From an uncultured bacterium (GTDB lineage: Bacteria > Acidobacteriota > Thermoanaerobaculia > Multivoradales > JAHZIX01), in NCBI GenBank assembly GCA_965368975.1, contig CBDUPA010000013.1:32001-96000 (forward strand): a stretch of 64,000 nt of DNA. Direction: 5' to 3'. The notes beneath the pieces are model-generated. The model saw only the letters and a program-made list of their open reading frames with translations. It was not told where the DNA came from and did no database searches. The translations under genes and the position numbers were made by a program. This document shows, in pieces, positions 8,287 to 16,589 of the stretch; within the stretch, counting starts at the first letter, position 1; every line of letters begins with the position of its first letter.

Positions 8287-10478
8287 GCCCCCGCCAGGAA
8301 ACCTGCCCCTTGCAGGGAACCGCGCGCCGTCTGGTGACTTTCAGCGTCCGTCACCCGCGCGCCGTGCTTACCACCTACCTGCTGGCGGTGCTCCTATCGT
8401 CCTTGATGGCGGTGCAGCGACTCGAGCTACACACCTCGAACCTCGACTTGATCGACGCTGATCTGGCACCGGTGGCGCGCTTCCGCGAAGCCGCACGCCG
8501 CCTGGGCACGCCGAATCTCTTGATCGTGGTGTTGGAAGGCAGTGCCGCAGAACTGGGACCGGCCGCCGATCAGCTCGGGCCGCGCCTACAGCAACTACCC
8601 GGAGTGCGTAGCGTGCTTTGGAGGGTGCCGTCCGCTGCAGATCAGGATGGGCGGGCTCGCGAAGAGCCACCTCTTGCTGTACCGGGCTTGGGCTACCTGC
8701 GCAGCCGCGACGGCGGCCTGGTCTTTCTCTTCGTACAGCCGGACGATCCGGACTCCGCGGCGACCACGCTCGCTCCTTTCGTCGACGCCGTGCGCAGCGA
8801 GCTGGCGTCGAGAGCAGAGAGCTGGCCGGGCATCCGTGCTGGCGTCACCGGTATGCCCGCCTACGCCCTCGACGATCGCGACGTCATCCAGCGCGACATC
8901 AGCCGTCTCTCCATCTTTGCCCTGCTCGCCGTTCTGCTGCTGTTCAGTGGCAGCTTCGGTGCCCTGCGCCGACCGCTGCTCGCCCTCACCGCTCTGCTGC
9001 TCGGTGTCGGCCTGATGCCCGGGCTGATCGCCCTGTACCCCGGGCACCTGACTCTGCTCTCCGCCTTCTTCGCTTCCATCCTCTTCGGCCTCGGCGTCGA
9101 CGCCGGCATCCACCTGCTGGCAGCGGTCGAGGAACACATGGCCCTAGGTCTGGCCGAAGCTGTCGCCCTGCCTCGCGCTGCCGCGCTGATCGGCCGCTCC
9201 CTGATTACCAGTACCGCGACCACGGCCTGCGTCCTCTTCGGCCTGCAGCTGAGCGGCTTCCGCGGCTTCGCCGAGTTGGGCGTGATCGCCGGCACCGGTA
9301 TGTTGCTGTGCCTGCTCGCCATGCTCACCGCCCTGCCTGCCCTGCTCGTCCTGTGGCCGACGTCGGGACGCGAAAAGGTGCTGCACGAACGCCGCAGCGG
9401 TCGTTTTCTGTGGGGCTTGCAGCAGCCACGGTGGCACCGTCCGCTCGCCGCGGTACTGATTCTGCTCGTGGTCTTCGGCGGCCTGACCGGCGGCGCGGGC
9501 TTCGACACCGACTACCTGAACCTGCAGCCAAGAGGGTCGGAAACGGTGCGCCTCGAGCGCGAGATGGTGCGCCGTTCGGAGTGGGCGCCGGTGTTCGCCC
9601 TTTTTCTCACCGACGAGCGCGAACGGGCGGTCGAGCTGCAGCGCCAGCTGCGCGCTGAGCCAACCGTCGCGGCGGTGCATTCGTGGCTCGACGTCGAGAC
9701 GCTACTCGGTCCCATGGCAGCCCGGCTGCTCCCCCCCCAACTCGCACAGGCCTCGCGCCCTCGAGGCGGGGGTTGGGCGATCTACGCCTATCCGCAGGAC
9801 GACGTTTGGCAGCCGCAGGCCCAGGCCGACTTCGTCCACCGGATGCAGACGCTCGATCCCGAAGTCACCGGCATGCCGATCCTCGGCCACTTCCTGGTGC
9901 AGCGTTCGCTGCGGGCGCTACGTATCGCGGGTGCGCTCGGGCTGGTGCTGCTGGCCCTCTGCGTCTGGCTCGACTTCCGTCGACCCTGGCCAGCGCTGCT
10001 GGCGATGTTGCCAGCACTCGCCACGGTGCCCGTGCTGCTCGGTCTGATGCGCCTGCTACAGCTCCCCTTCAACCCACTCAACGTCATGGCGTTACCGCTG
10101 ATCCTGGGCATCGCCGTCGACGATGGCGTGCACCTGGTGCACCGCTTCCTGCACGAGCACGGCGACCTGCGCGCGGTCCTCGCCGGCAGCGGGCACAGCA
10201 TCCTGCTGACGTCCCTCACCACCCTGGCCGCCTTCAGCAGCCTCGCCGTCACCAGCCACAGGGGTCTTGCCTCTTTTGCGCTGGCCCTGAGCCTCGGCGT
10301 CGTCGCCGCCTTCGCACTCACGGTTTCTTGGCTGCCTTGGCTGCTGCAGCGCTGGCCGCCTACCGCTTCCTATCCAAGACGATTGCTCTCGAGATCCCGC
10401 TCCTCTCAAGGGCAGCTCCTTGGTGGCCACGCGGCCGCCCACTATACTCAGGGCCTGCCGGCGGCACGGAATGTCTGA
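8283..10478 (+). CDS. MMPL/RND-family lipid exporter (HpnN-like)
   Basis: Two repeats with LFGLGVDAGIH and ILGIAVDDGVH motifs, N-terminal LHTSNLDLI, ATGA coupling to the MBL gene. Confidence 0.85.
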   Translation: MSPRQETCPLQGTARRLVTFSVRHPRAVLTTYLLAVLLSSLMAVQRLELHTSNLDLIDADLAPVARFREAARRLGTPNLLIVVLEGSAAELGPAADQLGPRLQQLPGVRSVLWRVPSAADQDGRAREEPPLAVPGLGYLRSRDGGLVFLFVQPDDPDSAATTLAPFVDAVRSELASRAESWPGIRAGVTGMPAYALDDRDVIQRDISRLSIFALLAVLLLFSGSFGALRRPLLALTALLLGVGLMPGLIALYPGHLTLLSAFFASILFGLGVDAGIHLLAAVEEHMALGLAEAVALPRAAALIGRSLITSTATTACVLFGLQLSGFRGFAELGVIAGTGMLLCLLAMLTALPALLVLWPTSGREKVLHERRSGRFLWGLQQPRWHRPLAAVLILLVVFGGLTGGAGFDTDYLNLQPRGSETVRLEREMVRRSEWAPVFALFLTDERERAVELQRQLRAEPTVAAVHSWLDVETLLGPMAARLLPPQLAQASRPRGGGWAIYAYPQDDVWQPQAQADFVHRMQTLDPEVTGMPILGHFLVQRSLRALRIAGALGLVLLALCVWLDFRRPWPALLAMLPALATVPVLLGLMRLLQLPFNPLNVMALPLILGIAVDDGVHLVHRFLHEHGDLRAVLAGSGHSILLTSLTTLAAFSSLAVTSHRGLASFALALSLGVVAAFALTVSWLPWLLQRWPPTASYPRRLLSRSRSSQGQLLGGHAAAHYTQGLPAARNV

Positions 10479-10521
10479 CGCCCCGGTGACGGTTGGCTTG
10501 CACCAGGAGGCTGAAAGACCC

Positions 10522-11838
10522 ATGCTCGAGATCCGCACCACCCCCAAGGCGATTCTGACGTCCAAGTCGATTCTGACATCCACCGCGACTCCGGCGGGCG
10601 CGCCCCGCCCCGCCAACCTGCCGGCCCTGCTCTGCGCTGCCCTGGCCGTGCTCCTGCTGTGGCCCGGCACCGCCGAGGCGCGCGACCGTACCGGCATCCT
10701 CGCCGGCATCGTCCTCGACGAACTCACCGGTGACGCCCTCGCCGGAGTCCAGGTGACGGTGGTCGACCCGGGATCCGAAGGGCGTCTGAGCGCGACCACC
10801 GATGCGCAGGGCCGCTTCCGTGTCACCCTGCCGGACACGCGCAACGAGTACCTGTTCCGGCTCGAGAAGGAAGACTACGAGACCTTCCTGGTCAACCTCA
10901 CTGGCGAACGCGGCAAGATCGTCGAGCAAACCTTCCGCATCATGCCCCTGGCCGGTCCGCAAGCCGTGCAGCAAGAAGCCGCGCGCATCTACAACGAGGG
11001 GGCCGACGCCTACAATGCCGGAGATCTCGAAGCGGCGCAAGCCAAGCTGACCGAGGCACTCGAACTCGACCCAACACTGCATGGAGCCTGGCTCGGCCTG
11101 GCGCGCATCTACATGGCGCAGCAGGACTTTACCGGCATCAAGGTCGCCACCGACAAGCTGATCGAAGCCGATACCGCCGATTCCGGCGTCTGGCAACTGC
11201 GGTTCGCCGCCGGCCTTGGCCTGGACGACCCCGACCTATTGCAGAGCGCCAGGGAAAAGATCGCTCCCGAGCACCACGCCACACTGGCGATCGACGCCTA
11301 CAACGACGGCGTGCACGCCAGCCAGAACGGCGACAACGACCGTGCCATCCGCCGCTTCCAACTCGCCGTCGACCTGGACCCGCAGCGCGCCGAAGCCTTC
11401 ACCGGTCTGACCACCCTCTACTACAACCGGCAAGAGTTCGCCGAAGCCGCCGAAGCCGCGCGTCGACTGCTCGAACTGGACCCGGGCAACCAGCACGGCC
11501 TCAAGGTGCGCTACCTGGCCCTAGATGCGCTGAACGACCCCGAGGCCGCTGCTGCCTTCCAAGCCTACCGGCAGGGCAATCCCACCTCGGCCGTCGAAGA
11601 ACTAGTCGATCGCGCCGACGAACTCTTCCGTCGCGGTGCTGCCGGTGAAGCCAAGAAGCTCGCCCAGCAGATCCTCGACACCGACACTAACCACGTGCGC
11701 GGCAACTTCCTGATGGCCATGTGCCTGCTCAACGGCGGCGACACCGCGAAGGCCAAGACCTACTTCCAAAAAGTCGTCGAGTTGGCGCCGGACTCCCCGT
11801 CCGCTGACGAAGCGCGCGAGATGCTGAGCTACCTATGA
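10522..11838 (+). CDS. Secreted TPR protein with N-terminal carboxypeptidase-regulatory-like domain
   Basis: AGGAGG RBS; signal peptide ending AEA; GIVLD..G..LAGVQV...TTDAQGRF; multiple TPRs (YNEG...ALELDP). Confidence 0.8.
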   Translation: MLEIRTTPKAILTSKSILTSTATPAGAPRPANLPALLCAALAVLLLWPGTAEARDRTGILAGIVLDELTGDALAGVQVTVVDPGSEGRLSATTDAQGRFRVTLPDTRNEYLFRLEKEDYETFLVNLTGERGKIVEQTFRIMPLAGPQAVQQEAARIYNEGADAYNAGDLEAAQAKLTEALELDPTLHGAWLGLARIYMAQQDFTGIKVATDKLIEADTADSGVWQLRFAAGLGLDDPDLLQSAREKIAPEHHATLAIDAYNDGVHASQNGDNDRAIRRFQLAVDLDPQRAEAFTGLTTLYYNRQEFAEAAEAARRLLELDPGNQHGLKVRYLALDALNDPEAAAAFQAYRQGNPTSAVEELVDRADELFRRGAAGEAKKLAQQILDTDTNHVRGNFLMAMCLLNGGDTAKAKTYFQKVVELAPDSPSADEAREMLSYL

Positions 11839-13124
11839 AGCTCCTCCGCACTCTCGGCCCCGGTATTCTGCTAGCCGCCACCTGCGTCGGTTCCAGCCAC
11901 ATCGTCATGAGCCCGGAGGCGGGGGCACGCTTCGAGTACCAGTTACTGTGGCTGATCGCCTTGACGCACTTGCTCAAGTATCCTGCCTTCGAATTCGCGC
12001 CGCGCTACGTGGCAGCACAGCGGGAGTCGTTGCTCGACGGCTACGCCAAGGTGCCGGGACGGAAGAACTGGGCTCTGTGGTTCGGGCTTATCGACATGGT
12101 GATCCAGGCGTCCGGCGTGCTGGCAGCACTGATCGGGCTGGCGGCAGCGTTCTTGGTGGTCGGCCTCGGAGGGCTGGGTCTGCTTGGTTGGAGCGTAGTG
12201 ATCGCCATAGCGCTGCTCGGCATGCTCGCCTGGGGACGCTATGCCTCATTGCGCTGGATCAACGTGATCCTGATGCTAGCGCTGGCGATCGGGACGTTGG
12301 TGGCGTTTCTCGGCGCGCCACCGTCGCCAGCAGCGATTCCTGCACTCGTGACGCCAGCGGTGCCAGAGGGTTCGATCTTGCTGTTGGCAGCGCTGCTTGG
12401 CTTCATGCCGACATCCGTGGCCGTGTCCGTCTGGCAATCGCTGTGGGCTGTCGAGCAAGGACGCTTCAAGCCCGGAACGCCGGACTCCCCTACAGAACGC
12501 CGCGAGCGCTTCCGCGCTGGGCTCTTCGATCTGCGCGTGGGGTATCTGCTGTCAGCCGTGTTGGGAGTTGCCTTCATGTGCCTGGGAGCGGTGCTGCTGT
12601 TCCCTCGCGGACTGGTACCGGAAGGGCCAGAAATGGCGGTGACGCTGTCGCAGCTCTACACTGACGTGATGGGCGAATGGATGCGACCAGTGTTTCTTAG
12701 CGTCGCGTTCTTCGCCATGTTCACCACCTGCTACACCTCGATGGACGGCTTTCCGCGTACCTTTGTGGCAACGCTGCGGGTGCTGCGCGGTCAGCGGTCC
12801 AGCAGCTTTGGGGAGAGCCCCGCTGGAGACAGTGCCGCGCCGACGCAACGGCCCTACTGGCTGTTCATCTGCACCGCGACCTTCGGCGGCATGGCACTGG
12901 TGGCGGCAGTGCCGGATCCGGCGATGGTGGTCAAGGTGGTGGGCGCGATCGGCCTGTTGACCTCACCGGTGTACATCGGTCTCAACCTGTGGGTGGTGAC
13001 CCACTTGATCGAAGATCCGAAGCTGCGACCGAGCAAGTCGATGGTCGGCCTGGCGCTCGGCGGTATCGTTCTCTTGGTGCTGGGAGCCGGCCTGCTGGTC
13101 TACGCGACGGTCACGGGGGCCTGA
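11835..13124 (+). CDS. Nramp-like divalent cation / APC-superfamily transporter
   Basis: LGPGILLAATCVGSSH...AGARFEYQLLW...LKYP..EF..RY; about 11 TM helices. Confidence 0.75.
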   Translation: MKLLRTLGPGILLAATCVGSSHIVMSPEAGARFEYQLLWLIALTHLLKYPAFEFAPRYVAAQRESLLDGYAKVPGRKNWALWFGLIDMVIQASGVLAALIGLAAAFLVVGLGGLGLLGWSVVIAIALLGMLAWGRYASLRWINVILMLALAIGTLVAFLGAPPSPAAIPALVTPAVPEGSILLLAALLGFMPTSVAVSVWQSLWAVEQGRFKPGTPDSPTERRERFRAGLFDLRVGYLLSAVLGVAFMCLGAVLLFPRGLVPEGPEMAVTLSQLYTDVMGEWMRPVFLSVAFFAMFTTCYTSMDGFPRTFVATLRVLRGQRSSSFGESPAGDSAAPTQRPYWLFICTATFGGMALVAAVPDPAMVVKVVGAIGLLTSPVYIGLNLWVVTHLIEDPKLRPSKSMVGLALGGIVLLVLGAGLLVYATVTGA

Positions 13125-13155
13125 GTTGCCCTCCACAACGAGCGTCTCGAGGAGG

Positions 13156-14469
13156 TTACGTCAGCGGCGCATCCACCAGTAGCAAGCGATCCCAGCGTGG
13201 TTCTTGATCGGTGACCGCGGCCAGTAGAGCGACACCACAGCCGGAGATACCGGTCAGGAAGCCGTGCTCTTCGCGGAGCTCGATCTCTTCGGCCGAGATC
13301 GGCTCCAGGCTCGGGAAGCCGCTGCGCCACTCGCCACCCTCTTCCGGGCCTTTCTCGGGCACCCACTCGAGGGCGTGGCGGTACCAGTCGATCGCGGTAT
13401 CGCGGCACACCTCGTCGCCAGTGGCCTGGTGCAGGCGGTTGAAGATGTGGGCCAGGCCGAGCGCACCGTGACACAGGCCGCAATCGCGAATGCCGGCGTC
13501 GTCCTTGGGGCGGCGAGCACAGCCGTGGGCGACGTCGAGACCGGCTTGCACCCATTTCTCATTGCCCGCTTGCTTGCCGGCCAGCACCAGTGTTGCGGCG
13601 ACGCCGGGATCACCGTAGCACCAGGCGAGCCGGCAGCGCTCGGGCTTGGCATCGGGCGCCATCATGCTGCTGAAGGACCAGTCGTCGCCCTCGTGTCGAC
13701 GGCCGAGCAACCAGGTGACGCTGGCATCGAGCATGCGGCGCGCGCGCGCCGAGACCGATAGATCAGCCGCCACCACGTGTCCGAGCAGCCCAACGACGCC
13801 GGGGACACCGTGCGCGACGCCTAAGTTGTAGTAGCCGTCGGGAAACAGCACGCGCTGGTGTTCGGGGAGAAGGTCTGGCTTGGTGAACCAGGTGAGGCCG
13901 CCGTTCTCGGGCTGACTCATCTCTTCCAGGTGGTCGAGCACGCGCTCCAGGATCGGTTCGCCTGTCGGGGCGTGCCGGCGTTCGAGTCCGTAGACGCCGA
14001 GGCCGACCAGGCCGCTGATCAGGTCGTAGTCGAGACGCCAGGGCTTGTGGTCCAGGAAGGTGAGCAAGGCCTCGTCGATGTCGGCGTTGCCGTCTTCCTC
14101 GTCTTCCTCGAACAGCAGGCCTTCGAGATGCTGCGCGACCCATGCGGTACCTGCGAAGCCGCCATAGAGCGTGGCGTTACTGAGCTGCTCCGCGAGCTTC
14201 TCCACCGCGCTGTCGAGGCAGCTGATTGCTTGGTCTGCGGCGGTGTCGTCGTCCTGGGCCACCGCATAGTAGGTCCAGAACAGAGCCTCGCCGGGCCCAC
14301 CGGAACCCACGCCCTGCTCGGAGCGCACCATCTGTGCACCAGCCTCGCGGCGTTTGTGGCTGGCGGCGCGCACGGCGGGCAGTTGCTCTGCGATGGTCTG
14401 GATGCGGCGGCGGGCCGTCTCGGCGTCGGTGCCCTGCAAGAGCGGGCGCCAGGTGCGGGATTCGGTCAC
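13156..14469 (-). CDS. lanC: Lanthionine synthetase C-like cyclase (LanC1, canonical)
   Basis: YDLISG, LGVAHG, RLAWCYG, GLCHG, GFLTG..G, WDRLLL; GGAGG RBS before GTG. Confidence 0.93.
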   Translation of the reverse strand: MTESRTWRPLLQGTDAETARRRIQTIAEQLPAVRAASHKRREAGAQMVRSEQGVGSGGPGEALFWTYYAVAQDDDTAADQAISCLDSAVEKLAEQLSNATLYGGFAGTAWVAQHLEGLLFEEDEEDGNADIDEALLTFLDHKPWRLDYDLISGLVGLGVYGLERRHAPTGEPILERVLDHLEEMSQPENGGLTWFTKPDLLPEHQRVLFPDGYYNLGVAHGVPGVVGLLGHVVAADLSVSARARRMLDASVTWLLGRRHEGDDWSFSSMMAPDAKPERCRLAWCYGDPGVAATLVLAGKQAGNEKWVQAGLDVAHGCARRPKDDAGIRDCGLCHGALGLAHIFNRLHQATGDEVCRDTAIDWYRHALEWVPEKGPEEGGEWRSGFPSLEPISAEEIELREEHGFLTGISGCGVALLAAVTDQEPRWDRLLLVDAPLT

Positions 14470-14545
14470 GATGGGTCTCCTCCAGGTCGATCAGAAAGGC
14501 CGCGTTCGCTAAACAGGATGGAGCGACGCGGGAAGGGGCAGCATA

Positions 14546-15820
14546 TCAGTCACGCAGCAGCAAGCAGCGGTCCCAGCCGGCAGTGTAGGTCTCGGCCGTG
14601 TGAATATCGGCCGTGCGATCACCGGCCGCAGCCAGCAGCACCAACCCGACGCCAGCGGCGCCGCGCAGCAGACCACCACGCTCCTGCAGCTGTGCGACGT
14701 GGCCGGGCGGCGCGGTGTGGGGGCCGAAGCGATCTTCGAGCACGCCGGTCGTCGGGCTGGCACGCTTCGTGGGCTCGATCTGGTCGAGCAACTCGGCGAT
14801 CCAGGCACGCGCCGCGTCCGCCAATATCGGGTCGCCGGTCAGCTGGTAGAGGCGGTGGAAGGTGTGCGCGACGCCCGCGGTTCCATGGCAGATACCGGCA
14901 TCGCGCAGCCGGCTCGCTGGGCGTTCGGCGGCGGCGCGTGCCATCTCGACGCCGACGCTGCGCCATGCCGCTTCGTCCAGCAACTTCCCCGCCAACACCA
15001 GAGCCGCCGCCCGGCCGCACGCACCGGAGCACCACGACGGCACCTCTGGGCGGCCGCCTTCGGTGGCGCGCAGCCAGGCCACGGCCTCGTGCAGCATGTC
15101 ACCGCAGGCGTCCGTGCGGATGCCGCTGGCGGCGATTCGGGCGAGGGTGACGACCACGGCCGGGACGCCGTGTGCCAGGCCACGGTGAAACGCGCCATCG
15201 GGATGGGCGCCCTGGCGATCTTTGGGCAGTGCACTGACGGGAATGTTCCAGCTGCGTCCGTGCGGGGTCTCGACGCGCATGTGCAGCAAGTGCTCGACGA
15301 TGCGTTCCAGGCAGGCAATCGCCATCTCGCGCACGCGCTCGGATGGCCGGCGATAGCGTTCGAGGGCATAGACCGCGAAGCCTGCCAGCCCTTTGGGCAG
15401 GTCGTAGGCAAAGCTGCCGGGAGGCGCGCCGAGCGCGGTCGCCAACGCGGTGTCGATGTCGTCGTTGGCATCTTCCTCCTCGACCAGCCCCAACCGGGTC
15501 TCGACGTGCTCCACGGCCCAAGCGGTGCCACAGAAACCGGCCCACAGCGACGGTGTCAGCGACGGGATCTGACCGAGTTCGTCGATCGCCTGGTCGAGCG
15601 CCGCCTCCGCCGGCTCCGGCCGCGGCGGCTGGCTGTAGGCCCAGAACAGCGCGTTGCCAACGCGGCCGCAGTCCAGGCACATCGATCCTTGCAGGCGGGC
15701 GCGGGGGTTGTCGCTGTAGCCGACGGGCAGCGCATCGAGATGCTGGTGGATGCGCGCAGCCGCGGCGCGCGCACGCTCTGCGGTCAGTGCGTCGAGTACT
15801 GGGTCTGTCGCGGAGTGCAT
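14546..15820 (-). CDS. lanC: Second, divergent LanC-like protein (LanC2)
   Basis: YDLPKG, GLAHG, SWCSG, GICHG, GLLRG..G, WDRCLL; colinear with LanC1. Confidence 0.85.
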   Translation of the reverse strand: MHSATDPVLDALTAERARAAAARIHQHLDALPVGYSDNPRARLQGSMCLDCGRVGNALFWAYSQPPRPEPAEAALDQAIDELGQIPSLTPSLWAGFCGTAWAVEHVETRLGLVEEEDANDDIDTALATALGAPPGSFAYDLPKGLAGFAVYALERYRRPSERVREMAIACLERIVEHLLHMRVETPHGRSWNIPVSALPKDRQGAHPDGAFHRGLAHGVPAVVVTLARIAASGIRTDACGDMLHEAVAWLRATEGGRPEVPSWCSGACGRAAALVLAGKLLDEAAWRSVGVEMARAAAERPASRLRDAGICHGTAGVAHTFHRLYQLTGDPILADAARAWIAELLDQIEPTKRASPTTGVLEDRFGPHTAPPGHVAQLQERGGLLRGAAGVGLVLLAAAGDRTADIHTAETYTAGWDRCLLLRD

Positions 15821-15840
15821 TTGGGTATGCTAGCGCAAGT

Positions 15841-15866
15841 GAGAAGGGGCGCCCCCCCCCCTTCTC
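15841..15866 (-). terminator. GC-rich hairpin downstream of the precursor genes (terminator or mRNA stabiliser)
   Basis: GAGAAGGGG-8nt-CCCCTTCTC inverted repeat, 22 nt after the lanA1 stop; no strong U tract. Confidence 0.55.
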
Positions 15867-15888
15867 GGCAATCAGCCCTACGGTGGGA

Positions 15889-16104
15889 TCAGGCGCAGTT
15901 GACCGGCTCGACGGTATCCGTGTAGGGACAGATACAGCGAGACGGACCACACTGCGTGAAATCCGGTGACGGGTAGACCTGGCAAGAATCCGTGCACTGA
16001 ATACTGCCGCAGCCGAAGGCACCACCGGCACCGTTCAGCTGTGCGGCGTCCAGGTTTTGCAGGGTTTCACGGCTCAGGCTCAGCTTGCGGGCTCGCTTCT
16101 TCAT
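15889..16104 (-). CDS. lanA: Class I lanthipeptide precursor LanA1 (71 aa)
   Basis: MKKRARKLSLSRETLQNL leader, GAGG, then a core with 7 Cys and 8 Ser/Thr; AAGGAG RBS; lies between lanB and lanC. Confidence 0.92.
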   Translation of the reverse strand: MKKRARKLSLSRETLQNLDAAQLNGAGGAFGCGSIQCTDSCQVYPSPDFTQCGPSRCICPYTDTVEPVNCA

Positions 16105-16209
16105 GTTCTTGCTCCTTGGGAAGATCCAGGGTTGGAGAATCAGAGGGCAATGCAGGAGCCCGAGCGCTGAAGGCAAACACCACCGTCAACGATCAGACTC
16201 CTCGCGTCT

Positions 16210-16422
16210 TCAGCAGTACTCCGGAATACCTGTCGCCGTCGCGGCGCAGATACAGAGAGTCGGACCACACTGCGTGAAGTTCGGCGCGGTGTACTCACAG
16301 GACTGCGAACAGTCGTCGCTGCCGCAAGCGAAACCGCCAGCTGCAGCTTGCTGCACATCGCTGGCGTCCAGGCTTTGCAGGGTCTCTCGCAGGAGACGGA
16401 GCTTACGGGCTCGCTTCTTCAT
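16210..16422 (-). CDS. lanA: Class I lanthipeptide precursor LanA2 (70 aa)
   Basis: MKKRARKLRLLRETLQSL leader, AAGG, then a core with 7 Cys and 8 Ser/Thr; GGAGG RBS; paralogous to LanA1. Confidence 0.92.
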   Translation of the reverse strand: MKKRARKLRLLRETLQSLDASDVQQAAAGGFACGSDDCSQSCEYTAPNFTQCGPTLCICAATATGIPEYC

Positions 16423-16439
16423 CTTCGTGCCTCCAAGTC

Positions 16440-16560
16440 AGGAAGTGAGTAGAGATTCAACTTCCAAGAAGTCTATCGCAAGCCAGAAGACTCTCTTTTG
16501 TGCAAGGCCTTTTTTTACAATTATTTACATTCCGACTGATCGATGCTTCCTCTGGATTCT
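16440..16560 (-). promoter_or_regulatory. AT-rich probable promoter region for the precursor genes
   Basis: Local AT spike (ttttttacaattatttacat) in a GC-rich background between lanB and lanA2; TAGACT is a -10 candidate. Confidence 0.35.
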
Positions 16561-16589
16561 CGTCGGGACGACCTCCCATGCCTGGAGTC

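Noticed and set aside
16140-16358. 72-aa Cys/Ser/Thr-containing ORF as a third precursor
   Set aside because: Alternate frame overlapping lanA2; it lacks the conserved leader and an RBS.
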